A program made the translations under genes and the position numbers. The notes below the pieces were generated by a model. That model saw only the letters and a list, made by a program, of their open reading frames with translations, ran no database searches and was not told the DNA's origin. This document shows positions 19,055 to 28,384 of a stretch of DNA of 64,000 nucleotides, piece by piece. The stretch's first letter is position 1, and the number at the start of each line of letters is the position of its first letter. The DNA lies in contig CAYMIG010000004.1 in the NCBI GenBank assembly GCA_964390635.1, forward strand, positions 69,439 through 133,438, written 5' to 3'. The stretch comes from an uncultured Vampirovibrionales bacterium. Lineage in GTDB: Bacteria; Cyanobacteriota; Vampirovibrionia; Vampirovibrionales; Vampirovibrionaceae.

Positions 19055-20302
19055 CTATTCCTTCTGGTTGGCTTGCCGCTTGGGCAGGGTCACGTAAAAG
19101 CAGGCGCCTTGCCCAACCTGGCTTTCCACCCGGATGGCCCCCCCGTGCATGCGGGCGATCATCTTGCAGATGGACAACCCCAGGCCGGCGCCGATTTTTT
19201 TGCGGGTCTGCTGGGCAAAGTAACGGTCAAAAAGATAGGGCTGGATATCGGCAGGAATGCCCGGCCCGTTGTCGCAGACGCCCAGCTCCACCGTTTCGCC
19301 CTGGTCCAGGGCCTGTACGGTAATGGTGCAGCCTTCCCCGATGTGCTCGATGGCGTTGCCCACCAGGTTGGTGAGCACCCGGCGCAGCTGGTGGGCATCC
19401 CCCTCCACCGGGGGGAGATCCGCGGGAATGGCGTTGATCAGCCGGATGCGTTTGCCCTCGGCCAGGGGGGCCAGGTGATCCAGGCAATGGCCGGCTAGGC
19501 GGGAAAGATCCACCGCCTCCAGAATCAGGCGAATGCGCCCGGCCTCGTACTGGTAGGTTTCCAGCAACTTGTTGACCATCTCCAGCAGGTCGTCGTTGTT
19601 CTGGATCAGCCGTTCCGACAGCTGGGCCAGCTTGGGGGGGAGGGCGTCCCTTTGCATCTGGAACAGCTCCAGGGCCCGCCGGGCCGCCACCAGGGGGGTG
19701 CGCAGGTCGTGGGTGAGCGCCGAAACGAAGGTTTCCCGGATGCGTTCGTTTTCCTGCAACTGTTCGATGGCTGCCACCAGCTCCCGGTTGGCGGTTTCCA
19801 GTTCCTGGGTGCGGGCATGCACCCGCTTTTCCAGCTCCTCGTTCAGCAGTCGCAGCTCGGCTTCCACCCGCTTCAGGTAGCTGATGTCCTTGCGGATGGC
19901 GATGTACTGGTAGGGTTTCCCGGTGGTTTCGTCCAGAAAGGGCACGATGGTGGTATCCACCCAATAGAAGGTGCCGTCCTTGGCCCGGTTCTTGATTTCC
20001 CCCTTCCATACCTTGCCCTGGCCGATGGTTTGCCACATGGCCTGGAAAAAGGCCTTGGGATGGTGGCCGGAGTTGACAATGCGGTGATCCTGCCCCAGCA
20101 GCTCCGGCCGGGAGTACTTGGAGATTTCGCAGAAGGTGTCGTTGACATAAATAATCCGTCCCTGGGCGTCGGTGATGGCCACAATGGCCGCCGCGTCCAG
20201 GGCGGATTTGATGTCGGAGAGCTCTTTGAGCAGCGCGTGCAGGGCCGTTTCCTCACCGCCCGGGGAGGACGTCTGGGCTTGGGCGTCGGTAGGGGATGTC
20301 AC
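19055..20302 (-). CDS. PAS-domain sensor histidine kinase
   Basis: PAS block ITDAQGRIIYVNDTFCEISKYSRPELLGQDHRIV. H-box FVSALTHDLRTPL. N/G boxes NLVGNAIEH, DNGPGIP, GAGLGLSICK. Four nt upstream of the response regulator gene. Confidence 0.95.
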   Translation of the reverse strand: MTSPTDAQAQTSSPGGEETALHALLKELSDIKSALDAAAIVAITDAQGRIIYVNDTFCEISKYSRPELLGQDHRIVNSGHHPKAFFQAMWQTIGQGKVWKGEIKNRAKDGTFYWVDTTIVPFLDETTGKPYQYIAIRKDISYLKRVEAELRLLNEELEKRVHARTQELETANRELVAAIEQLQENERIRETFVSALTHDLRTPLVAARRALELFQMQRDALPPKLAQLSERLIQNNDDLLEMVNKLLETYQYEAGRIRLILEAVDLSRLAGHCLDHLAPLAEGKRIRLINAIPADLPPVEGDAHQLRRVLTNLVGNAIEHIGEGCTITVQALDQGETVELGVCDNGPGIPADIQPYLFDRYFAQQTRKKIGAGLGLSICKMIARMHGGAIRVESQVGQGACFYVTLPKRQANQKE

Positions 20303-20318
20303 GCGTGCTAGAGTCCCT

Positions 20319-20795
20319 CTAAGCCGTTGGCCTGGCAGGAATTTTACCGGTAAAGGCCTTCAGCAGGTCGAAGGTGGTGACGATGCCACAGAGTTGCTGG
20401 TTCCTGGCGTCCACAATCACCACCCGGTGAATACGATTCTTATACATGATTTCGGCCAGGGCTTCAATGGCGGTTTCGGGGGTGGCGGTGATCACCCGGC
20501 GGGTCATGAAGTCCGAGACAAAGCCTTCGGTAATGCTTTCCAGGTGGAAGCCTTCCGACTCCAGGGCCCGGTCCAGGGCGTCCGACTCCTGGAAGCTGGG
20601 CGAAAAGGCCAGGTTCAGCCCGGTGTTGAGGATGTCCGACATGCTGATGAGCCCCACCAGGCAGCCGGTCTCATCCACCACCGGGGCGCCGCTGATGCGG
20701 TTGGCCACCAGCAACTCCTGCACTTCCTCGCAGGTCATGTCCGGGCGGGCGGTAATGACATGGCGGTTCATCATCGATTGGGCGGTCAGGGTCAT
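20319..20795 (-). CDS. CBS-pair domain protein
   Basis: Two CBS motifs (MNRHVITARPDMTCEEVQELLVANRISGAPVVDE...; FMTRRVITATPETAIEALAEIMYKNRIHRVVIVD). First gene of the CBS/HK/RR string. Confidence 0.9.
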   Translation of the reverse strand: MTLTAQSMMNRHVITARPDMTCEEVQELLVANRISGAPVVDETGCLVGLISMSDILNTGLNLAFSPSFQESDALDRALESEGFHLESITEGFVSDFMTRRVITATPETAIEALAEIMYKNRIHRVVIVDARNQQLCGIVTTFDLLKAFTGKIPARPTA

Positions 20796-20823
20796 GGCGG
20801 GTCTCCTCCATCAGCGTGCTTGT

Positions 20824-20859
20824 AAAGAAAAAGCCCGGCACGGCATGGCGCTGTGCCGG
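20824..20859 (-). terminator. intrinsic terminator-like hairpin plus U-run, about 30 nt upstream of the CBS gene start
   Basis: Minus strand reads CCGGCAC-loop-GTGCCGG (extendable to about 10 bp), followed by GCTTTTTCTTT. The GGAGGAG Shine-Dalgarno and ATG of the CBS gene follow directly. Confidence 0.5.
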
Positions 20860-21130
20860 AACAGACCAGAAATTAGGGATTTAAATTGTGGTTTGTGGTG
20901 TTAGCGTGGGTTGTATTCCGGTTGGGATGCCAGTGGCCCTGGCAGAAACGCGGGGCGCTTCCGTCGTCTTGGCGAGCTAGCAGGCAGCCGGCCACCGACA
21001 TCCGTTGACCGGGCGACTCCCGATGGGAGACGACATCCGGGTAAAGCCGTCGGTTCCGTGCGGGGGGCGATGCCCCCCTTGCGGATGACCCCATCATGGC
21101 AAAATTCACCCCCGCTTAAATTCAGCATGT
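20824..21130 (-). ncRNA. candidate structured leader/riboswitch-like element or sRNA (class not identified; 5' end not defined)
   Basis: 450-nt gap with no credible ORF. Strong hairpins GGGGGGC-GAT-GCCCCCC (21062-21078) and CTCCC-GAT-GGGAG (21017-21029). 9-nt direct repeat CGACATCCG at 20996 and 21031. Ends in the terminator above. Confidence 0.3.
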
Positions 21131-21248
21131 GGCTATTACCCTAATGGCTAACCTCGCCATTCCAACAATGGCGGATTTATGCCCGTCGGCAAACGCCTAC
21201 CATTAGGACAGGTTCCAAACGCATTCATCCCGGACAGGAGGTTCGCCC

Positions 21249-21647
21249 ATGGCCCTTTCGCGATTACCCGACCAGCCTGACATCGCCTATGTGACCCTGG
21301 GCGCCCTCAATCCCTGCCGGTTGAAAGAGGACTTGCCGTGTGCCGTCCAGATTGCCGAACACCTGATTGGCCTGCTGGAAACCTACGGGGTGGGCGAGCC
21401 GCCTTCCCTGAAGATTCCGTCGCCCATGGCCCTGGCCGGGTTTTATCGCCGCGGGGTGCTGGACGTGCTGGACGCCCTGTACGAAATGAAACTGCGCCGC
21501 TACGAATACGTCACCGGCGGGCTGGATCATGAGGTCATCTTACATGACCCCCTGAACCGCAAGGCCCATCCCCATGTCTCGTGGCCCATGTTTACCGACG
21601 GCTGGCATTCCCCCTGGCAAGCCCGGCCGCGAACCCTTTACCCATAA
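21249..21647 (+). CDS. small stand-alone winged-HTH protein (GntR-N-terminal-like)
   Basis: IAEHLIGLLETYGVGEPPSLKIPSPMALAGFYRRGVLDVLDALYEMKLRRYEYVTGGLDHEVIL follows the GntR wHTH pattern. No effector domain. Confidence 0.5.
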   Translation: MALSRLPDQPDIAYVTLGALNPCRLKEDLPCAVQIAEHLIGLLETYGVGEPPSLKIPSPMALAGFYRRGVLDVLDALYEMKLRRYEYVTGGLDHEVILHDPLNRKAHPHVSWPMFTDGWHSPWQARPRTLYP

Positions 21648-21662
21648 CGGGAGCGTTTTACC

Positions 21663-21968
21663 ATGGAAAACCCCATCAACCGGGCTACCGAAATTGCCCT
21701 GGACCAGTTGCCCCCCTTCCTGAAACCCGCCGCCGGCCCCCCGCCGGAAGTCAGTCACATTGCCGGCTGCCTGTGCCAGGTGCTGGACGGCCATGGGGAC
21801 GAGGGGGCGGTGGTGCTGCCCTCCCTGGCCCAACTGAAGGAGCACTTCCATTGTTCGCACCTGGACATCTACGATGTGCTGCGTGCCCTGCGCCACCGTG
21901 GATTCGACTACAGCTTCGGGGGCCTGGACGCCCCCCTGCGCCTGTGGCGGGTCATGCCGCCCGATTAA
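21663..21968 (+). CDS. small stand-alone winged-HTH protein, paralog of the preceding gene
   Basis: IAGCLCQVLDGHGDEGAVVLPSLAQLKEHFHCSHLDIYDVLRALRHRGFDYSFGGLDAPLRLW aligns by eye with the upstream gene product. Confidence 0.5.
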   Translation: MENPINRATEIALDQLPPFLKPAAGPPPEVSHIAGCLCQVLDGHGDEGAVVLPSLAQLKEHFHCSHLDIYDVLRALRHRGFDYSFGGLDAPLRLWRVMPPD

Positions 21969-22022
21969 TGCCAACCCAGCTGTTTTGTACGGAATTGTAA
22001 ACCAGAACGAAGGAGACCCGAC

Positions 22023-22481
22023 ATGAAAATTCTGTTACCGACCGATGGCTCGGATTGCGCCCGCCAAACCTTGCAGTGGGCGGCGGAAACCTTTGACAAG
22101 CAGGCTACCGAATATTACCTGCTGCATGTCATCCGGGTGTTCCCGGAAAACTACAGCGTGGAATTCGACATTGCCGACACCACGCGCATGCTCAACGAGC
22201 TGAAGCAGGAAATGGAAGCCCGGGGCTGCCGGGTGGTCAAGGCTGAGTATGTCCTGGGCGAGCCGCTGACCAGCATTTGCGCCTATGCCGACGACATGCA
22301 GGTGGATCAGGTGGTGATTGGCTCCCATGGCCGCACCGGGCTGAAGAAGATGCTGCTGGGCAGCACCAGCGAAGCCCTGCTGGAGCACTGCAAGCGGCCC
22401 GTGCTGATCCACCGCAACCTGCAACCGGAGCGCCTGCACGTGGAGCCCCCGCACCTGGTGCCCCAGAATACCATTTTTTAA
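22023..22481 (+). CDS. universal stress protein (UspA family)
   Basis: MKILLPTDGSDCA...VVIGSHGRTGLKKMLLGSTSEALLEHCKRPVLI (ATP-binding G-x2-G-x9-G[ST] motif). Confidence 0.9.
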   Translation: MKILLPTDGSDCARQTLQWAAETFDKQATEYYLLHVIRVFPENYSVEFDIADTTRMLNELKQEMEARGCRVVKAEYVLGEPLTSICAYADDMQVDQVVIGSHGRTGLKKMLLGSTSEALLEHCKRPVLIHRNLQPERLHVEPPHLVPQNTIF

Positions 22482-22493
22482 GGAGCCAAGCCC

Positions 22494-23492
22494 ATGAAAA
22501 TTGCCGTGTTCAGCGCCCGGCCCTACGACCGAGAGTTTTTTGACCAGGCCAACCGGGACTATGGCCATACGCTTACCTACTTTGAGCCCCATCTGGACAG
22601 CCACACCGCGCAGCTGGCCAAGGGCTTCCAGGCGGTGTGCGTGTTTCCCAACGACCAGCTGGATCGGGCCACCCTCAAGGAGCTCTCCAATCTGGGAATT
22701 CGCCTGGTGGCCCTGCGCTGCGCCGGATTCAACAACGTCGATCTGGACGCCGCCCGGGATTTCAGCATCCAGGTGGTGCGGGTGCCAGCCTATTCCCCTT
22801 ATGCGGTGGCGGAGCATACCGTGGCCCTTATGCTAACCTTGAACCGTAAAATTCACCGGGCCTACAACCGGGTGCGGGAAGGCAACTTCAAGCTGGATGG
22901 CTTGCTGGGCTTCGATATGCACGGCAAGACCGTGGGAATTGTCGGTACCGGACGGATTGGGGCCGTGCTGGCCGAAATCCTGCATGGCTTCGGCTGCCGG
23001 CTGCTGGCCTTCGACCCCTCGCCCAGCCTGATGTACGAGGAGCGGGGCGTGCATTACGTTACGTGGCCGGAACTGTTGCGGCAATCGGACATTATTTCCC
23101 TGCATTGCCCGCTGACCCCGCAAACCCGGCACCTGATCGATGCCAACGCCCTGGCCCAGATGAAGGACGGGGTGATGATCATCAACACCAGCCGGGGAGC
23201 GGTGGTGGATACCCGGGCCCTCATCCAGGGGCTGAAATCCGGCAAGGTCGGGGCCCTGGGCCTGGATGTCTACGAGGAGGAAGGGGACATCTTCTTCGAG
23301 GATCTCTCCGACCGGCCCGTGCAGGATGACGTGTTTGCCCGCCTGCTGACCTTTCCCAACGTGCTGATTACCGGACATCAGGCCTTCTTCACCCGGGAGG
23401 CCCTGGAAAACATCGCCCGCACTACCCTGGCCAACATCCAGGATGTGGAAAAGGGCCAGACCTGCCCCAACCAGGTGCCGGTCTCCGTCTAG
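22494..23492 (+). CDS. ldhA: D-lactate dehydrogenase (D-isomer 2-hydroxyacid dehydrogenase)
   Basis: Collinear with E. coli LdhA by eye: [68 protein letters not shown]. Confidence 0.93.
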   Translation: MKIAVFSARPYDREFFDQANRDYGHTLTYFEPHLDSHTAQLAKGFQAVCVFPNDQLDRATLKELSNLGIRLVALRCAGFNNVDLDAARDFSIQVVRVPAYSPYAVAEHTVALMLTLNRKIHRAYNRVREGNFKLDGLLGFDMHGKTVGIVGTGRIGAVLAEILHGFGCRLLAFDPSPSLMYEERGVHYVTWPELLRQSDIISLHCPLTPQTRHLIDANALAQMKDGVMIINTSRGAVVDTRALIQGLKSGKVGALGLDVYEEEGDIFFEDLSDRPVQDDVFARLLTFPNVLITGHQAFFTREALENIARTTLANIQDVEKGQTCPNQVPVSV

Positions 23493-23516
23493 TCGTTTAA
23501 GCAAAGGAGAACCCCC

Positions 23517-24047
23517 ATGACCCTGCAAGCCGAACTGCTGAAGTTAACCCTGGAGCGTGCCCGGCGTGAAAACGGGGGCCTGCGCACGCTGGGCCTGCGT
23601 TTTTACCAGCGGCTGTTTGACAAGTATCCCCAGGTGCGGCCCCTCTTTCACACCGAGCCCGAGGAACAGCACGTCAAGCTGATGGCCTCCCTGGGCGCCA
23701 TTGTGGCGGCGGTGCAGTCGCCCGATCGCCTGATGCCCTACCTGCATGCCATGGGCATCCGGCATGTGGCATACGGCACCGAAGAAGGCCATTATGCGGC
23801 AGTCGCCGAAAACCTGATGGCCGTGCTGGAAGAGCACCTGCGGGTGGAGGGGGACTGGACCGACGCCATGCGGGCGGCCTGGCAGGAAGCCTTGCAGGCG
23901 GTCTCCGCCATCATGATTGATGCGGCCCGCCGGCCCGAGGAGTACGCTCCCGAGCTGCTGGCCGCGGGCTACGGGCTGGACGGCTTCCGGGTGGATACCG
24001 ACAAGCCCTGGGAACTGTCCGTACCGGCCCCGCCCCTGGAGGTGTAG
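23517..24047 (+). CDS. single-domain bacterial globin
   Basis: RFYQRLFDKYPQVRPLF (B/C helices), HVKLMASLGAIV (E helix), LHAMGIRHVAYG (proximal His), HYAAVAENLMAVLEEHL (G helix). Confidence 0.85.
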   Translation: MTLQAELLKLTLERARRENGGLRTLGLRFYQRLFDKYPQVRPLFHTEPEEQHVKLMASLGAIVAAVQSPDRLMPYLHAMGIRHVAYGTEEGHYAAVAENLMAVLEEHLRVEGDWTDAMRAAWQEALQAVSAIMIDAARRPEEYAPELLAAGYGLDGFRVDTDKPWELSVPAPPLEV

Positions 24048-24051
24048 CGCC

Positions 24052-24873
24052 ATGAGCGGCCAGGAAAGCAAACCAGTCCAGCTGCAAGGGGTGGGTGACT
24101 ATCCTTTCCTGCTGGACTGGGTTCCTGCCCAGGCTTCCCTGGCGGCCAGCGCCCCGGTCAGTCCGCCTGCCGACAACCAGGCGGCCATGACCGGCTTGTT
24201 GTACCGGGCCCGCCGCTATTTCTGGCAGGCATCCTGGTCGGCGGCGGAAAACATGTATCGCCTGCTGTTTTCCTATTACAAGCGTTTTGGGGCGTGGTCG
24301 GGCGAATTGCGGGATACCTATTTCGCGGCTTTGCTGGAGTACGGCTGGGTGCTGGTGCTGCAAGGCCGGGAGCAGGAGGCTGAACGGCTATTCAGCGAGC
24401 AGCTGGCCGCCCGGCTCAAAACCCTGGCTCCCGACCCGAAGACCCGGCCGGCGGATCGCCGTGTGGCCGAGGTGGTGGCTTCCCTGCAGCACCAGGGGAA
24501 ACTCCCCCACGCCCATGCGCCGGAAGTCCGCCCCGATCCCGAGACACTCACCTGGCTTGGCAAGCGGCTGGCCGCGGAAAACCATGGCCGGCTGGCCGGG
24601 GACATGCTGCGCTTTGCCCAGGTGGCCTACGGCTTGCGCCAAATGGAAACGGCCCAGCTGGCCTGGCGCATCGAGCATGGCAACGCCCCCATGGCATCGC
24701 CGACTCCCCAGCAGATCATCCGCACCATTCCCGCCCTGCAATGGCTGCATTATGCCCCCACCCAGGGACCCTTCCCCTATGACTACCAGCGGGCGGCGGC
24801 CCACTACGAGCAGCCGCCCGATGAATGGGTGCCCCCGGTTAACCCGGCGGCCAACCCGCGGTTCCGGCCTTAG
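24052..24873 (+). CDS. hypothetical protein (helical/TPR-like?)
   Basis: Internal start MSGQESKPVQL, 4 nt after the globin stop. No family recognised. Confidence 0.45.
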   Translation: MSGQESKPVQLQGVGDYPFLLDWVPAQASLAASAPVSPPADNQAAMTGLLYRARRYFWQASWSAAENMYRLLFSYYKRFGAWSGELRDTYFAALLEYGWVLVLQGREQEAERLFSEQLAARLKTLAPDPKTRPADRRVAEVVASLQHQGKLPHAHAPEVRPDPETLTWLGKRLAAENHGRLAGDMLRFAQVAYGLRQMETAQLAWRIEHGNAPMASPTPQQIIRTIPALQWLHYAPTQGPFPYDYQRAAAHYEQPPDEWVPPVNPAANPRFRP

Positions 24874-25064
24874 CGGCAGCAGAGTTCCGGCGGCCAGGGC
24901 GTAGGCGGGGCGGCCGGGACATACAAGAAGTTGAAGTAGCAATACAGCCCGAACAGAAGCAGGATGACGGCCACCATCATCCAGAAGGCCCCACGGCTCA
25001 TGGGGTGATCGTCGGCAGGCCGGCTCAGGGCGGCTCTCAGTCGGGGAATACGGGTGCTGGACAT
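24870..25064 (-). CDS. hypothetical small membrane protein
   Basis: 64-aa ORF with one TM segment (AFWMMVAVILLLFGLYCYFNFL). Directly downstream of the next gene on the same strand. Confidence 0.3.
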   Translation of the reverse strand: MSSTRIPRLRAALSRPADDHPMSRGAFWMMVAVILLLFGLYCYFNFLYVPAAPPTPWPPELCCR

Positions 25065-25067
25065 GGC

Positions 25068-25382
25068 TTACCTCCCTTCGGGGGTGGTGTCTTGGTAAAG
25101 CAAGGTATCCGGGCACTCCTCCTGCTTCTGGGGCGGGGCTTGCAGTCGGATGCGCGGGTTCAGGAATTCGTCAAAGGCGTCCTTGATGTTGTAAAACTCC
25201 GTGCGGCAGTCGGCGTCGGCCTCCTGCTCACTGAGGCATTCTTCCAGGCGTTTCATATACTGCTGCATGCGGGCCTTTTCCGCATCGGCATTCACCGGTT
25301 CGCAACCGGTCTGCGGGTAGCCGGCGGGGGTCAGCACGGTGAGGGCGAGCACCAGGGCCGGCAGAATAAGCGAACGTTTCAT
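25068..25382 (-). CDS. small secreted Cys-containing protein
   Basis: Internal start MKRSLILPALVLALTVLTPAG (signal peptide), then a charged helical region with four Cys. Confidence 0.5.
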   Translation of the reverse strand: MKRSLILPALVLALTVLTPAGYPQTGCEPVNADAEKARMQQYMKRLEECLSEQEADADCRTEFYNIKDAFDEFLNPRIRLQAPPQKQEECPDTLLYQDTTPEGR

Positions 25383-26013
25383 GGCGGAACCTTTCAAAGC
25401 GATGGATGTTCTCTGTAGCTTCAGCTTAACCTGTCCAGGGCCGGCCTGCCTTCCCAAAACGAATATTAGCCAAAAGGGGAAGCGGCGCCTGCTCGCCATG
25501 CGGGCATGGGTATGCGTTACGGAATTTTGCCGGTTTCGGAATTGGCGCTTGCGTCCGGGGCGCTCTTGGGCTATCCTGCCTCAACAACGGTTCGTTCCAC
25601 CGGTTTGGGGTATGACGGTGGGATATACGGACGGGGAAACTGGGTTTCTGCATGCCTCGCCATTTTCTAGGGGGTTCGCAATTCCTCCACCTATGGAAAG
25701 GCCTGCCGCTCCGGGTTTTACCGGTGCCTTGCCGGCTCCAAGCCTCTGAAGCCTGACCCAATGCCTGTTGGAAAATCGTTTGTAACAATGCACTTAACAA
25801 ATTAGCAACAAGACAATTTTAGGAGGCTTATAAAAACGTCCTGGTAGAAGTAGAAGATGTGGGTTCCGTCCTGTATCGCCCTTCCTCCGGATATCCAGAC
25901 TTACGAATGTGATGTGAGCCAAAAAGCATCTGGGGAAACCTGTAGTGTTTTTGCAGGCGGTTTAACCAAAGTTTTAGGGAAAAGTTTAAGGGAAGAATGG
26001 AGATAACATTACG

Positions 26014-28359
26014 ATGAGACTGATGGACCAGCAGGTTGGCGTAGTGAAGCCGTTTGCCAAGCCGCAGGGCAAGGAAGTGGGTTTCGGCACCAGCCCGATT
26101 TCAGCCAACCATGCCAAGTCGGTACAATTCGGCGCGTCCACCCGGCCCAAGGCGGGCGGGGTGGATGAGGAGGCCACCGATCTCGGCGCGCTCCTGAGAA
26201 GCCAGTTCAACGCGGCCCAGGCCGTCCAGACTTCCGAAGTCATTACCCTCAACGAGCTTTATCGCAAGTTGCTGCGTGATCCGGCCCCGGCCCTTTCCGC
26301 CCACCAGCGGCTGTACCGGGCCATCATGCATGAAGGCGAGGATGAGCCGGTCAACATCCTGGGGCGCAAGGTGCGCCGCTACAAGGCGTTCACCGGCGGC
26401 GGCAGTGTGACGCTGACCGCCCTGCGCGGGGTGGAAGAAGCCCATGAGCAATTCATGAACCTGTTGCGGGACGGCCTGGACGGCAACGAAAAAGGCCGCC
26501 GCGCCATTCTGCTTCTGGGTGGCCCCGGGAGCGGCAAGACCGAAACCGTGAACATCTGCAAACGCCTGCTGGCGGAATCCACCAAGACCTTCAACCCGGT
26601 CTACTCGCTGAAGTGGGTGGATCTGCCGCCCGAAATCCTGAAGCTGGGCAACGAGGAAGGCGAAGAGGATACCGATCCCAAGCTGAGCAACCCGCTGCTG
26701 CTCTTCCCCCGGGAAGTGCGCCAGGCCATCCAGACCCAGCTGAACGAGGCCTACCAGCAGGAACTGGGCTTCCCGGTCTTCACCCTGACCGAGGACGAGC
26801 TCTCCGGGCGTTCCGCCAAGATTCGCGACCTGCTGGTGAAAAAGTACCTGGAGGAGCTGAAAGAGAGCGAGCCGGATCTGAAGCCGGAAGAAGCCCTGCT
26901 GAAGGCTACCGAGATGGTCATCAACAAGCATGCCCGGGCCCAGCGCGTGGTTTTCCGGGAGGATCAAGGCATCGGCTACGTGGAAGGGAAAGACCCCAAC
27001 CACTTCGACGCCACGGTCATCAGCGGCGACGTGCACCCGGCGGGCGAAGCCCGTTATGGCACCGCCCAGGATCCCCGCGCCTTCGACTACGGTCGCAGCG
27101 ACGTGCTGAAAGGCAACGGCGGTTTGGTGCACTTTGACGAGATGCTGAAAACCAAGGATACCCACCTGCAGTCCCTCTTGCAGATTGCCCAGGAAGGCCG
27201 CGCCAAGGGGGTGGCTGGTATCCGGGAAAAAGTAAACACCGTGCTGCTGGGCACCAGCAACCTGGCTGAGTATCTCAAGCTGCGGCGCAAGGGAGAAAAC
27301 AGCCCGCTGTTTGAACGGATTTCCGTGGTCAAGTTCCGCTACCCGCGCAACTACAAAGAGGAAATCGCCATCTACAAGGATGGGTTCGAAAAGCAGGCCC
27401 GGACGCACAACATCTATATTGCCCCCCATGCCCTGGAAACTGCGGCCCTGTTTGCGGTGATGACCCGTCTGACCATTCCTTCCGGGGAAAGCCGGGGCAT
27501 CCTGCCGGTGAAGGCCGATCTCTACGCCGGAGAGTTCTCCAAGTATCCCAAGGTGCCCCAGGCCACCGTGGCCAAGTGGAAGGCCGAGGGTGAGACCAAC
27601 TACGAGGACGAATCCAAAGAGGAAGGCTTCACCGGGATCAGTACCCGTTTGATGCGGGACTTCCTGACCGCCATGAAGAACAGCCAGTTTATCGGCGATC
27701 CCACCGGCGAGCGCACCCTGGACGGCTTTGCCATGATCAAGGCCCTGCGCTACGAGCTGGAAAACAATGGCCTGTTCAAGCTGCCCAACGTGAAGCTGCG
27801 CCAGGAGTACGAGCAGGTGCTGAACCTGGCCCAGGCCCGTCTGGATGAAGCGGTTTCCGAGGATGTCAAGGCGGTGATCGAGTCCGATGACGAGCAACTG
27901 CAGGCGGCCTTCGAAAACTACACCCGCCGGGTCATCGCCTGGTCCAACCATGCCAACAACGGCATGCCGTTTGACAATACCGATGAGCGCGGCCTGAAGG
28001 AAAACCTGGAGCGCGCCGAGCGCAACATGACCGTGGTCGAGGAGCAGATGGGCCTGAGAACCAAGGAGGCCCGGGAGGCTCACCGTCACCAGTTGGCTTC
28101 CAAGCTGGCCCTGAACCAGATCCAAGGCAAGACCAACGACCTCGACAGCAACCCCAGCCTGAAGAAGGCGTTGCTGGCGGTGCTGACCCGCAGCATGCAG
28201 GTGGGCATCCCCTACGAGGCGCTCAAGACCACCAACCCGGATGCCAAGCAGAAAGAGCACCAGGAGCGGTTCTACACCAAGATGGCCCAGAAAGGCTACA
28301 ACCGGACCGCCGCCCTCAATGCGCTTGAATGCTACCAGCGCGTCTACAACCGGCAGTAA
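26014..28359 (+). CDS. prkA: PrkA/YeaG-family AAA+ protein (paralog 1) with a roughly 70-aa N-terminal extension
   Basis: GGAG sits 11 nt before the ATG. Walker A LLLGGPGSGKTE. GNGGLVHFDEMLKTKDTHLQSLLQIAQEG parallels YeaG ANGGLMEFVEMFK...LLTATQEG. Confidence 0.9.
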   Translation: MRLMDQQVGVVKPFAKPQGKEVGFGTSPISANHAKSVQFGASTRPKAGGVDEEATDLGALLRSQFNAAQAVQTSEVITLNELYRKLLRDPAPALSAHQRLYRAIMHEGEDEPVNILGRKVRRYKAFTGGGSVTLTALRGVEEAHEQFMNLLRDGLDGNEKGRRAILLLGGPGSGKTETVNICKRLLAESTKTFNPVYSLKWVDLPPEILKLGNEEGEEDTDPKLSNPLLLFPREVRQAIQTQLNEAYQQELGFPVFTLTEDELSGRSAKIRDLLVKKYLEELKESEPDLKPEEALLKATEMVINKHARAQRVVFREDQGIGYVEGKDPNHFDATVISGDVHPAGEARYGTAQDPRAFDYGRSDVLKGNGGLVHFDEMLKTKDTHLQSLLQIAQEGRAKGVAGIREKVNTVLLGTSNLAEYLKLRRKGENSPLFERISVVKFRYPRNYKEEIAIYKDGFEKQARTHNIYIAPHALETAALFAVMTRLTIPSGESRGILPVKADLYAGEFSKYPKVPQATVAKWKAEGETNYEDESKEEGFTGISTRLMRDFLTAMKNSQFIGDPTGERTLDGFAMIKALRYELENNGLFKLPNVKLRQEYEQVLNLAQARLDEAVSEDVKAVIESDDEQLQAAFENYTRRVIAWSNHANNGMPFDNTDERGLKENLERAERNMTVVEEQMGLRTKEAREAHRHQLASKLALNQIQGKTNDLDSNPSLKKALLAVLTRSMQVGIPYEALKTTNPDAKQKEHQERFYTKMAQKGYNRTAALNALECYQRVYNRQ

Positions 28360-28384
28360 GCGACTTGTATAAGGAATCCTCCCT

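Noticed and set aside
20824-21130. Possible tmRNA, RNase P RNA, SRP RNA or cobalamin riboswitch identity for the structured intergenic element.
   Set aside because: It lacks a tRNA-like GGTTCGAATCC/CCA end, the GAGGAAAGTCC RNase P core, the SRP GGAA-tetraloop/AGCAGCC motif and a B12 box. Only a lone GCCACTG resembles the cobalamin consensus. It is kept as an unclassified candidate.
25541-25552. Sigma-54-like TGGCGC/TTGCG string upstream of the PrkA operon.
   Set aside because: The GG and GC elements are adjacent rather than separated by the required roughly 10 nt, so it does not fit the -24/-12 architecture.
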